DNA of 64,000 nt from contig OZ244044.1 of assembly GCA_965215275.1 (NCBI GenBank), positions 1,760,001-1,824,000 of the forward strand. Reading direction: 5' to 3'. A program made the position numbers and the translations under genes. This document shows positions 50,040 through 59,668 of this stretch, piece by piece; the stretch's first letter is position 1, and each line of letters opens with the position of its first letter. Under the pieces are notes generated by a model. The model saw only the letters and a list, made by a program, of their open reading frames with translations, did no database searches and was not told the origin of the DNA. Source of the stretch: Thermodesulfobacteriota bacterium. GTDB taxonomy: Bacteria; Desulfobacterota_D; UBA1144; Nemesobacterales; JAJCZQ01.

Positions 50040-51785
50040 TTGAGGTACCAAGGGTATAAGGGCATTATGAAAAATAACTGGCTTCTTGCTAAAGAGAACT
50101 CAAAGCTCAGAGGGAAAATTACCCAGCGGACCGATATTTTGCCGGTTACGGCACAACTGCTGATAAACAGAGGGATCAAAGACGATCTGGAGGCTTCTGA
50201 TTTTTTAAACCCCAGGTTGTTCGATCTCCCCTCACCGTTTCTGATGAAGGACATGGACGTTGCGGTCAGAAGACTTTACAAAGCACTGATAAACGGCGAG
50301 AAGGTTGCCATATACGGCGATTATGACGTTGACGGAGTAACGTCCACTTCGCTGTTTTACGGTTTTGCACACCAGCTTGGTATGAACGTCGTGGCCTACA
50401 ATCCAGACAGAATAAGTGAAGGATATGGAATTAATACTGAAGCAGTTAAGCAGCTTGCCGAGCAGGGAGTGACTTTGATCGTTTCCGCTGATTGTGGTAT
50501 AACGGCACACCATGAGGTTGAATTTGCCAGGGAACGCGGAGCTGATTTTATCATTACCGATCATCACCAGCCACCTGACAAGGTTCCAGGCTCCGTGGCA
50601 GTATTGAATCCTCAGCAGAAGGACTGTAACTATCCCACCGGAGAAATAACGGGCGTGGGCGTTGTTTTTAACCTTGTACTGGCCTTCAGACGTTTTTTAA
50701 GGGATAAAGGGTTCTTTAAGGATGGAGAGCCGAGAGAGCCGAACCTCGCTGACTGTCTGGACCTTGTTGCACTTGGAACGGTCGCTGACTGTGCACCGCT
50801 TCTCAACGTCAACAGGATCATGGTCAAGGAAGGGATTAAAAGGATAGCTAATTCCAGAAGACCGGGAATAAGGGCTTTGAAAGACGTCAGTGGTTTAAGG
50901 GACCGGGTGAGTTCCTATGATCTGGGTTTTAAACTTGCTCCCAGGATAAACGCCGTGGGAAGGCTTAAAAGTTCACGGGCAGCCATTGACCTTTTAACCA
51001 CGGACGACCCTGAGGTGGCAAAAAGCCTTGCCGTGGGCCTGGATAAGGAAAATACAGACAGAAAGATCATTGAGAAAAGCGTACTGGACGAAGCGATCAG
51101 AATGTACGAGACGAACGATAGCTTTAAAAAGAGCGGTTCGATCGTTCTGTCCTCGGACAGATGGCACCAGGGGGTCATCGGTATAGTGGCTTCAAGGCTG
51201 AGTGAGCTGTACAGAAAGCCGACTTTCCTGATCGCCCTTGATGACAGCGGATCAGGCAAAGGTTCGGGCAGGAGCATAGAAGGAATAAATATTTATAGTA
51301 TACTCTCGGAGATCGGGGAGGTGTTTGAAAGTTACGGCGGGCATGAACAGGCAGCCGGCATAACTATAAAAAAAGACAGAATAGAGGATTTCAGAAAGCT
51401 TTTTTCAAAGGCCGTTTCAAAGATCAGGGTGGCTCGGGACAGGGTAATAAATATAGATATGGAACTTGAACTGGACAGGATCGATCTGCCGCTGCTGAAA
51501 GAGATCCAGCGCCTTGCTCCTTTCGGCGTTGGTAATCCGGAGCCTGTCTTTATGGTCAGCGAAGTAAATATAGAGAATCAGAGACTGATCAAAGGGCAGC
51601 ATTTTAATGCACTGATAAGCAACGGAAGGTCCTCTCTTGATGCGGTGTGGTTCTACGCTGATAATAAAACTGAACTGCCAGAGGTTGCCGATGTTATCTT
51701 TACTCCTAAAATAGACACGTGGAACGGTGACGAGAGGATAAAACTTCATATTAAAGACGTTCACCGGAGAGATGAAGGCGGATAA
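50040..51785 (+). CDS. recJ: Single-stranded-DNA exonuclease RecJ
   Basis: YGDYDVDG, TDHH, LGTVAD, PRINAVGR, GGHEQAAG. Confidence 0.97.
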   Translation: MRYQGYKGIMKNNWLLAKENSKLRGKITQRTDILPVTAQLLINRGIKDDLEASDFLNPRLFDLPSPFLMKDMDVAVRRLYKALINGEKVAIYGDYDVDGVTSTSLFYGFAHQLGMNVVAYNPDRISEGYGINTEAVKQLAEQGVTLIVSADCGITAHHEVEFARERGADFIITDHHQPPDKVPGSVAVLNPQQKDCNYPTGEITGVGVVFNLVLAFRRFLRDKGFFKDGEPREPNLADCLDLVALGTVADCAPLLNVNRIMVKEGIKRIANSRRPGIRALKDVSGLRDRVSSYDLGFKLAPRINAVGRLKSSRAAIDLLTTDDPEVAKSLAVGLDKENTDRKIIEKSVLDEAIRMYETNDSFKKSGSIVLSSDRWHQGVIGIVASRLSELYRKPTFLIALDDSGSGKGSGRSIEGINIYSILSEIGEVFESYGGHEQAAGITIKKDRIEDFRKLFSKAVSKIRVARDRVINIDMELELDRIDLPLLKEIQRLAPFGVGNPEPVFMVSEVNIENQRLIKGQHFNALISNGRSSLDAVWFYADNKTELPEVADVIFTPKIDTWNGDERIKLHIKDVHRRDEGG

Positions 51786-51864
51786 ACGTGCCTTTATAAT
51801 GCTTGGTTTATATGATACTGTCTTCTGCGTTCATAACTGATAATGTTATTTAAGAGGTTCTCCA

Positions 51865-52617
51865 TTGTATCCTAATCTCATTGAATTCAGTTCCTTTCAT
51901 ATCTCATCCTTTTACGTAATGGTGCTGGCAGCCTCTCTTGTTGCTTACTACGTATGTGAGAAAGACCTGGTCAGAAGAGGGAAAGATAAAAGTACTGCTG
52001 ATATAGTGCTGATCGCCAGCTTTATAGGCGGGATGGTGGGTGCAAAGCTGCTTTTTTTGTATCAGAATGTGGCGTTTTCAGAGGTGGTCCAGGACCCGCT
52101 CCGCTATTTTTCGTCGGGCTATACGTTCTTTGGCGGGTTTATCGGGGCTTTACTTATGCTCTATCTGGTGTCTGTATATAAAAAGGTGAGTTTCTGGTAC
52201 CTGACCGATATTTCTTCAGCTCCGGTCATTATTGCTTATGGAGTAGGCAGGATCGGGTGCTTACTCGCTGGAGATGATTACGGGGTACCAACGGATGTGC
52301 CTTGGGCAATGTCGTTCCCGAACGGTTCTCCTCCTACTCTGGAAAATGTCCATCCAACCCAGATCTATGATTCGATCAGTATGCTTATCGTGTTTTACTT
52401 CCTGTGGAACCTGAAGAGCAGAGGTCGTGCGACCGGTTTCCTTACTTCACTGACCTTTATTGTACTTGGTACACAGAGGTTCTTGATGGAGTTTATAAGG
52501 AACACCACACCGAGTTCCGTTTATGGATTATCCCAGGCGCAGCTGATAGCCCTGTCTTTGGTATGTGCAGGTATAATAAAAATGGGAATTATATACTTAA
52601 CTATGCAAGATAAATGA
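51865..52617 (+). CDS. lgt: Prolipoprotein diacylglyceryl transferase (last codons supplied by the IS end)
   Basis: GRIGC, HPTQIY, RFLMEFIR, SQAQ. Confidence 0.9.
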   Translation: MYPNLIEFSSFHISSFYVMVLAASLVAYYVCEKDLVRRGKDKSTADIVLIASFIGGMVGAKLLFLYQNVAFSEVVQDPLRYFSSGYTFFGGFIGALLMLYLVSVYKKVSFWYLTDISSAPVIIAYGVGRIGCLLAGDDYGVPTDVPWAMSFPNGSPPTLENVHPTQIYDSISMLIVFYFLWNLKSRGRATGFLTSLTFIVLGTQRFLMEFIRNTTPSSVYGLSQAQLIALSLVCAGIIKMGIIYLTMQDK

Positions 52618-52632
52618 CATTAGCATTGTAAA

Positions 52633-53277
52633 TTATACACGAATGGTTTTTTTCAATTCTCCGTTATACCACTCCCCGCCCATTTCCTTTTTGATATAAT
52701 TTATTTTAAAATCAATATTATCTTTTAAATCATCTATCATAAGATCTTTATTATTTTTATATACATCTATATCGTTTTGTCCTACGATCTCACCCATGTC
52801 TGGACACAACACGCAAAATTCACCATTTCTATTAGAATCAGAAAAAGAATATATTCTGTATTTACCTTTATATGTTTCAATCTGTTTTAAATCCTTCATA
52901 TAATAATCTGGATTATATTTTTCATTTATCATGTAATCACTCCTCCTTTTACTTTCATATTTACGGGTAACTCCTTCTTTTTTATCAAGTTCTTTTATTC
53001 TATCTAATTGTAATTCAAATTGATTTATCTGATAATCCTTCGCATCGTCCCTTTCTCTGCCAGACACAGTAAGTACTCCAACCTTTTTACCATATTCTGC
53101 ATGCTTAAATTTCCTATGACCTCCAGTTCCTTTTATCTTCACATAACCAGCTTTTTTTATTCGCTTAATTAACTCCCGAACAGATATAACTGTTTTTCCT
53201 TCATAAATATGCTCAACCAATGTTGGTTTACGCTCATAAATCTGTTGAATTCTTGTTAGTTTATTATCTTCTTCCAT
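52633..53277 (-). CDS. HicA-like domain fused to a HicB-like domain
   Basis: RELIKRIKKAGY...GTGGHRKFKH (HicA-like); GEFCVLCPDMGEIVGQ (HicB-like); internal AGGAGG plus in-frame ATG at 52932. Confidence 0.7.
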   Translation of the reverse strand: MEEDNKLTRIQQIYERKPTLVEHIYEGKTVISVRELIKRIKKAGYVKIKGTGGHRKFKHAEYGKKVGVLTVSGRERDDAKDYQINQFELQLDRIKELDKKEGVTRKYESKRRSDYMINEKYNPDYYMKDLKQIETYKGKYRIYSFSDSNRNGEFCVLCPDMGEIVGQNDIDVYKNNKDLMIDDLKDNIDFKINYIKKEMGGEWYNGELKKTIRV

Positions 53278-53360
53278 ATTTTTTCCTTTTATCAATTTTC
53301 TATATTATTCAATAACCTTTATCCTTATATGTAATAGAACAAATTAAAATCAATTATATT

Positions 53361-54715
53361 TTATTTACAATAACCAAGTCTTTTGTTTTCTTTTATAAGT
53401 CCTGATAATGTGAATTTGTTGCTCTTCAATTTATTACAGGGTCCACAAAGTAAAATTCTGTTCGATATATGGTTTAGTCCACCATCAGAACGTGGAGTGT
53501 TATGATCTAATTCAAGATATCTCGGGTCATCAAATTGACGGTTGCAACCCTGACATTTGCTCTCCTCTTGATCTAACAGATATTTAAGCATTTCTGCTCG
53601 AGTCATTTTATGACCTTTAGGTTCATCTATCTTTAATTTGGTTTTGAGAAAAGGAACTGCCTCTTCACCTTTATCTGTTCTAACTGGTAAATCTGAAGTC
53701 CAAGTTATATTTTTTCTAAAAAGCTGATGCTGTGTTCCAGAGTATCCTTTTTTCCTACCTTTTACTATTAAGCCTTGCTTTTCAAACAAACCAAGAATTA
53801 CATCCTTAGCCTTATCCCATATATCAATTCCTACCCACTGCCTGTTTAGTTTTTCAGAAGCTACTAATGTAGTTCCACATCCACAAAAAGGGTCTAATAC
53901 TATATCTCCTTCATTAGAAGATGCTTTTATTATACGTTCATATAATGCTGGAGGTTTTTGTGTAGGATAACCTATTCGTTCTTTTGCTACAGCATTTAAA
54001 CTATCAATTATCCAAGTGTCATGACATATTCTTCCTCTATCTAAATAATACTTATACTCTTTGCTGTCTATTTTTCTTATACGATATGCTCTACCATCTT
54101 TATCTACTTTATCAAAATGGTTGGATTTTTCCTCTCGGTATGGTTCATATTGTGGATTAAATATCTTATTTTTGGTTTTACTATAAAACAGTATTATATC
54201 ATGTTTTTTACTGAACGACTTCTTACTTGCCCCGCCAGTATTGTATTTCCACACTATTTCATTAACAAAGTTTTTATATCCAAAAATAGCGTCCATAATG
54301 GCTTTTATATAATGACTTGCTGTTGGATCACAGTGCAGATAAATACTTCCATCTTTTCGTAGTATCCTTTTCATCTCTAATAAACGAACAGCCATGAAAC
54401 AGACAAACGCACCCATTCCGTCCGAATGAGCATTTCTTGCACTTTCTATAGCTTCCATGAGTTCTGGAAAATCATCAGTTATTTTATCAACCCACTCTTG
54501 ATGAACATCCCTGTCCCAAGACCATCTGTCCTGAAAAGAAGCACCAGAAGATAAACTATCAGGTGTAGCATGAAAATCTCTATTTTTGTTAAAAGGAGGG
54601 TCAGTTGCAATTAAATGAACAGATTCGCTGTTCATTGCTCGGAGAAAATCTAAATTGTCTCCGTGAAATAAAGTGCGATTCTGCCAATTTGATGGGGGGG
54701 GGTGGAGGCTTTCAT
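53361..54715 (-). CDS. Beta-class N6A/N4C DNA methyltransferase fused to a C-terminal HNH nuclease; 5' end offset at a C9 tract (track ORF 53361..54635)
   Basis: TDPPF before YPTQKP...DPFCGCGTT; CQGC...LDHNTP...GGLN...LCGPCNKLK; in-frame NRTLFHGDNLDFLRA upstream of the track start. Confidence 0.9.
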
Positions 54716-54727
54716 AGTCGTTTGTTC

Positions 54728-54892
54728 TTAGCGTTTACGCTTTTTGTCTGATCTATTTTTATTCAATAACCGAACTTTATCGTTTTCTTTCTTTACTTGA
54801 TCAGATTGCTTTCTTGGAGTAAATAAAGCACGAGCTATTTGCTCTGGTGAAACATCAACAGGCGGTAGTAGATAAGCATGCCTCTTGGTCAT
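54728..54892 (-). CDS. Small hypothetical protein downstream of the transposase
   Basis: AAGGAGG RBS; MTKRHAYLLPPVDVSPEQIARALF... Confidence 0.65.
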   Translation of the reverse strand: MTKRHAYLLPPVDVSPEQIARALFTPRKQSDQVKKENDKVRLLNKNRSDKKRKR

Positions 54893-54932
54893 TGCATCCT
54901 CCTTAACAACATTATTACATACTAAATAACCA

Positions 54933-55877
54933 TTAAGCAATTAAATCTTCATACTTCAAACGTTTTCCGATCATTGAAGCGTATATCTCTTGCATCATTT
55001 TTTCAGTATCGTATTTCCGCAAGTTGTGCCGATTGGCAAATTCATTAACGTATCTATGTAGATGTTTAGGACTAATATGGTGAAAGGTCCCGTAATACCC
55101 TCTTTTTAGTAAAGCCCAGAAAGATTCTACACCGTTAATATGAGCTTGTTTGTTTACAAATTCTCCAACGCTGTGTTTTACCGTCTTATGATTAAAACTC
55201 ATACCTTCATAGCTCTTATAATCGTCTGTATAAACCGTTGAATTACCATCTACATGTTTACCGATAAATTCTTGCAAACTTGATTTGTCGGTATTATTAA
55301 CAACAGATGCACTTATATTGTTTGTGTTTCTATCTTTTACACCAACTACAGCCGTCTTGCCAACGACCCCACGACCTGCTTTTAGCTTTTTGCTTGAATG
55401 TTTATTTTGTTCAAGACCACCAAAATATGCTTCATCCACTTCTACGGGACCTGACATCTTACCACCCATATTCATCCAAGCCTCACGTAACCTTTGAGCC
55501 ATGAAATAAGCAGATTTCTGTGTTATTTTTAAATCTCTGTAAAGTTTCATGCTGGATACACCTTTTAATGAAGTGGACCATAAGAAAATAGCAATAACCC
55601 ACTTTTGATAACTGATCTTCGATCTTTCCATTAAACTACCAATACGAACACTGAAATTGCGTCTGCAATCACCACACCAATATGGCATAGGTTTTCCAGA
55701 AGGAACTTTACTCACTTTTACACTACCGCATCTAGGACAATGTAAATGCTTGTTATCTTTTCCCCAACGTTGCTCTTCAAACCACTGTTCTGCAACTTCA
55801 TTATTAGGGAATTTCTTAAATAACTCTATAAGTGATATTCCTTTACGATAATGTTTTCCAGGTGCTTTATATGACAT
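54933..55877 (-). CDS. IS1595-family DDE transposase (intact)
   Basis: Zn ribbon CPRC...CGDC; VEVDEAYFGG, VYTDD, HINGVESFW, HLHRYVNEF. Confidence 0.95.
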   Translation of the reverse strand: MSYKAPGKHYRKGISLIELFKKFPNNEVAEQWFEEQRWGKDNKHLHCPRCGSVKVSKVPSGKPMPYWCGDCRRNFSVRIGSLMERSKISYQKWVIAIFLWSTSLKGVSSMKLYRDLKITQKSAYFMAQRLREAWMNMGGKMSGPVEVDEAYFGGLEQNKHSSKKLKAGRGVVGKTAVVGVKDRNTNNISASVVNNTDKSSLQEFIGKHVDGNSTVYTDDYKSYEGMSFNHKTVKHSVGEFVNKQAHINGVESFWALLKRGYYGTFHHISPKHLHRYVNEFANRHNLRKYDTEKMMQEIYASMIGKRLKYEDLIA

Positions 55878-56010
55878 ACTATTTATCCTCTTGATTATTG
55901 ATTTTATAGTATTATACTATCATACAAACCTTGCATAGTCAAGTATATAATTCCCATAAAAATAGTACTGATATCATCAGGAAAGAAAGAGGAAAGGGCA
56001 GGTTGATCAT

Positions 56011-57336
56011 TTGAGAATAATAATAGTAGGTGCCGGACAGGTGGGGCTTTTTTTAGCAGGTGAGCTGTGTAACGATCATGACGTGGTGGTTATCGAGAAC
56101 GACAAGGAAAGGTCACTGCATATAAAAGACAGCCTTGACGTGCTGTCCATTCACGGCGAGGGGGACGACCCAAAGGTCCTGGCAGAGGCCGGACTGGAAG
56201 AAGCTGACGTATTTCTTGCCGTAAGTGGTGACGACAGGGCCAATATACTGTCTTCACTGCTTGCTGACTTGATGAATTTAAAAAGCGTGGTTTGCAGAAT
56301 AAGGAACAAGGACTATGTGGAACATACCAGCCTTCTGAAAAGTAACAGGATACACGTTGTTAACCCCAGCGAGATAATCTCGTCCAAGTTCGCTGACCTT
56401 GTAAGTCATCCTTTTGCATTGAGGACCGAACTGTTTGGAGAGAACAACGAAGTTGAACTGTTCAAACTCAGGGTGGAAGAAGGTGCGGAAGTTGCAAATA
56501 AAATGCTCAGAGACCTTGAACCTGCCAGTTCCTGGATATTTGTGGGCGTGTCACAGAATGGGAAAATGAAAGTCCCTAAGGGCGACACGGTACTGTATTC
56601 TGGAGATTATGTCTTTGCACTTGGCGATCCCGGCGTCATACAAAGATTAAAAAAGCTCTTTGATCTGGGGGAGGACAGTATAGGTTCTGCAATAATAGTC
56701 GGGGGAGGAAGACTTGGAAGAACGGTTGCGGCCACCTTGTTAAAAAATAAAATAAAGGTCAAGATAATAGAGAGTGATCCCACCAGGGCGGACCTGGTCG
56801 CGGAGGACCTCCTTGGAGCTGCGGTGTTCAAAGGCGATGCAACGAACGCTGAGTGCTTAAAGGAAGCCGGCGTTGAATCAACTGATTATCTGGCCGCTCT
56901 GACCGGAGATGACGAAAAGAACGTTTTAAGCGCCCTTCTTGCAAAAAACCTTGGTGTAAAGCAAACGACCGTGCTCTATACGAAGCCGGATTACATAGGC
57001 GTGCTTGAGGCAATTGGCGTTAACAGGGCGGTAAGTGTAAGACATGCGATCGCGAACGAGGTCCTGAGCCTGCTGCATATCAGAGGAGTGGAACATATTA
57101 CGCTTCTGGAAGAGGGAAAAGGCGAGGTGCTGGAATTTAAAATCCATGAAGGGTCAGAAGTTATAGGGAAAAAGTTAAAAAATATTGATCTTCCAGAAGA
57201 TGCCATAGTAGGTATCTGTATCAGAGAGGGTAAGATACAGATACCCAGAGGAGAGTTCTTCCTGCGACGCGACGATCGTTTAATTGTCTTCACGCTTCCC
57301 AATGCTGTAAAAAAGGTGGAACAGATACTTGGATAG
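56011..57336 (+). CDS. trkA: Trk potassium uptake NAD-binding subunit
   Basis: Two RCK units (GAGQVG and GGGRLG). Confidence 0.93.
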   Translation: MRIIIVGAGQVGLFLAGELCNDHDVVVIENDKERSLHIKDSLDVLSIHGEGDDPKVLAEAGLEEADVFLAVSGDDRANILSSLLADLMNLKSVVCRIRNKDYVEHTSLLKSNRIHVVNPSEIISSKFADLVSHPFALRTELFGENNEVELFKLRVEEGAEVANKMLRDLEPASSWIFVGVSQNGKMKVPKGDTVLYSGDYVFALGDPGVIQRLKKLFDLGEDSIGSAIIVGGGRLGRTVAATLLKNKIKVKIIESDPTRADLVAEDLLGAAVFKGDATNAECLKEAGVESTDYLAALTGDDEKNVLSALLAKNLGVKQTTVLYTKPDYIGVLEAIGVNRAVSVRHAIANEVLSLLHIRGVEHITLLEEGKGEVLEFKIHEGSEVIGKKLKNIDLPEDAIVGICIREGKIQIPRGEFFLRRDDRLIVFTLPNAVKKVEQILG

Positions 57337-57390
57337 TGGACCGAACGGGGTCGTGTTTAAAAAATTCTAATTTAAAGGATAATGTGACTG

Positions 57391-58668
57391 ATGAGAGTTC
57401 TGGTTATAGGTAGTGGCGGCAGGGAGCATGCTTTATGCTGGAAGATCAGACAGAGCCCTCTGGTCAGGGAACTGTTCTGTGCACCTGGGAACGCGGGGAT
57501 CAGCAAGGACGCCAGGTGTGTGGACATTCCAGCAACGGAGATTGACGGGCTTTTACAGTTTGCGAAAAGAAACGACGTTGACCTGACGGTCGTAGGGCCG
57601 GAACTGCCTCTGACGCTGGGGCTTGCTGATGTTTTTGAAAAAGAGGGTTTAAAGGTCTTTGGACCCTCAAAAGCCGCTGCTGAGCTTGAGGGAAGCAAGG
57701 TCTTTTCCAAAAGTTTTATGAAGAGACACGGGATCCCGACCGCGGAGTACAGTACTTTTACTGATCACGATGAGGCCCGAAAGTTCATCAGAACGGTAAA
57801 GCCCCCGTTCGTCGTAAAGGCGGACGGTCTTGCAGCTGGTAAAGGGGTGATCTTATGCGGCAGTACTGCAGAAGGTGAGAAGGCACTGAACTCGCTAATG
57901 CTGGACAGGGTGTTCGGGGAGGCAGGTGCCAGTATTATAATAGAGGAGTTCTTAGAAGGGCAGGAAGCATCTGTATTCGTGATAACTGACGGAAAGAAGT
58001 ATCTGATGCTTGAACCTTCCCAGGACCATAAGGCAGTATATAATGATGATAAAGGTCCAAATACCGGTGGTATGGGAGCATACTGCCCGGCTCCGATAGT
58101 TACAGAGAACTTGCTTGGGACCATAGCATCTGAGATCGTTGAACCGACCCTGCACGGTATGGCATCTGAGGCAAGAAGGTACAAAGGGGTCCTTTATATA
58201 GGTCTGATGATCGATGGGAACGATATAAAAGTACTTGAGTATAACTGCAGGTTCGGGGATCCGGAAGCTCAGCCCGTTCTTTTCAAAATGAGAACTGACA
58301 TCGTTCCGATCATGGTTGAGGTGGCAGAAGGTAAACTTACCTGTCAGGAGATCGGGTATAAGGCAGGTGCCGCTGTCTGCGTTGTGATGGCTTCAAAAGG
58401 TTATCCTGGAAAATATGAAAAAGGGATACATCTGAGCAAGATAGACCTGTTGAAGGAAAGTGAATACGTTGCCGTCTTTCACGCGGGAACCAGGCTCGAT
58501 AATGGCAGTATAGTTACAGATGGGGGCAGGGTACTTGGTGTGACCTGCACAGGTAACACGGTAGAAGATGCCGTTGCAAGGGTTTATAAAGAGGTCAGCG
58601 TTATAGATGACGGGAATTTGCACTACAGGACGGATATAGGAAGTAAGGCGTTCCGGGCCAGTTCTTAA
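57391..58668 (+). CDS. purD: Phosphoribosylamine--glycine ligase
   Basis: GSGGREHAL, KADGLAAGKGV, QDHK, GPNTGGMGAY, RFGDPE. Confidence 0.98.
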   Translation: MRVLVIGSGGREHALCWKIRQSPLVRELFCAPGNAGISKDARCVDIPATEIDGLLQFAKRNDVDLTVVGPELPLTLGLADVFEKEGLKVFGPSKAAAELEGSKVFSKSFMKRHGIPTAEYSTFTDHDEARKFIRTVKPPFVVKADGLAAGKGVILCGSTAEGEKALNSLMLDRVFGEAGASIIIEEFLEGQEASVFVITDGKKYLMLEPSQDHKAVYNDDKGPNTGGMGAYCPAPIVTENLLGTIASEIVEPTLHGMASEARRYKGVLYIGLMIDGNDIKVLEYNCRFGDPEAQPVLFKMRTDIVPIMVEVAEGKLTCQEIGYKAGAAVCVVMASKGYPGKYEKGIHLSKIDLLKESEYVAVFHAGTRLDNGSIVTDGGRVLGVTCTGNTVEDAVARVYKEVSVIDDGNLHYRTDIGSKAFRASS

Positions 58669-58694
58669 GTGAATTTAAATATTTGACAAAAATG

Positions 58695-58724
58695 TTGACA
58701 TTGTTTGAATTATCGGAATAAAAT
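58695..58724 (+). promoter_or_regulatory. Putative sigma70 promoter of the str operon
   Basis: TTGACA-N18-TAAAAT upstream of rpsL; second TTGACA at 58683. Confidence 0.6.
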
Positions 58725-58759
58725 AGCAGTTTAAATTTTTAAGGGAGACAGAAGTATAA

Positions 58760-59618
<859 letters not shown>

Positions 59619-59668
59619 AAGCACAGCTGACGGACAGCTGGCAGCTTTTGGAGGATTATTGAAGTTCA

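Larger units (their letters stand above)
52584..55955 (-). mobile_element. IS1595-family element with passenger genes (3372 bp)
   Basis: TIRs gggaattatatacttaactatgcaag (52584-52609) and cttgcatagtcaagtatataattccc (55930-55955), 25/26 match; TSD ATAAAAAT at 52576-52583 and 55956-55963. Confidence 0.95.
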
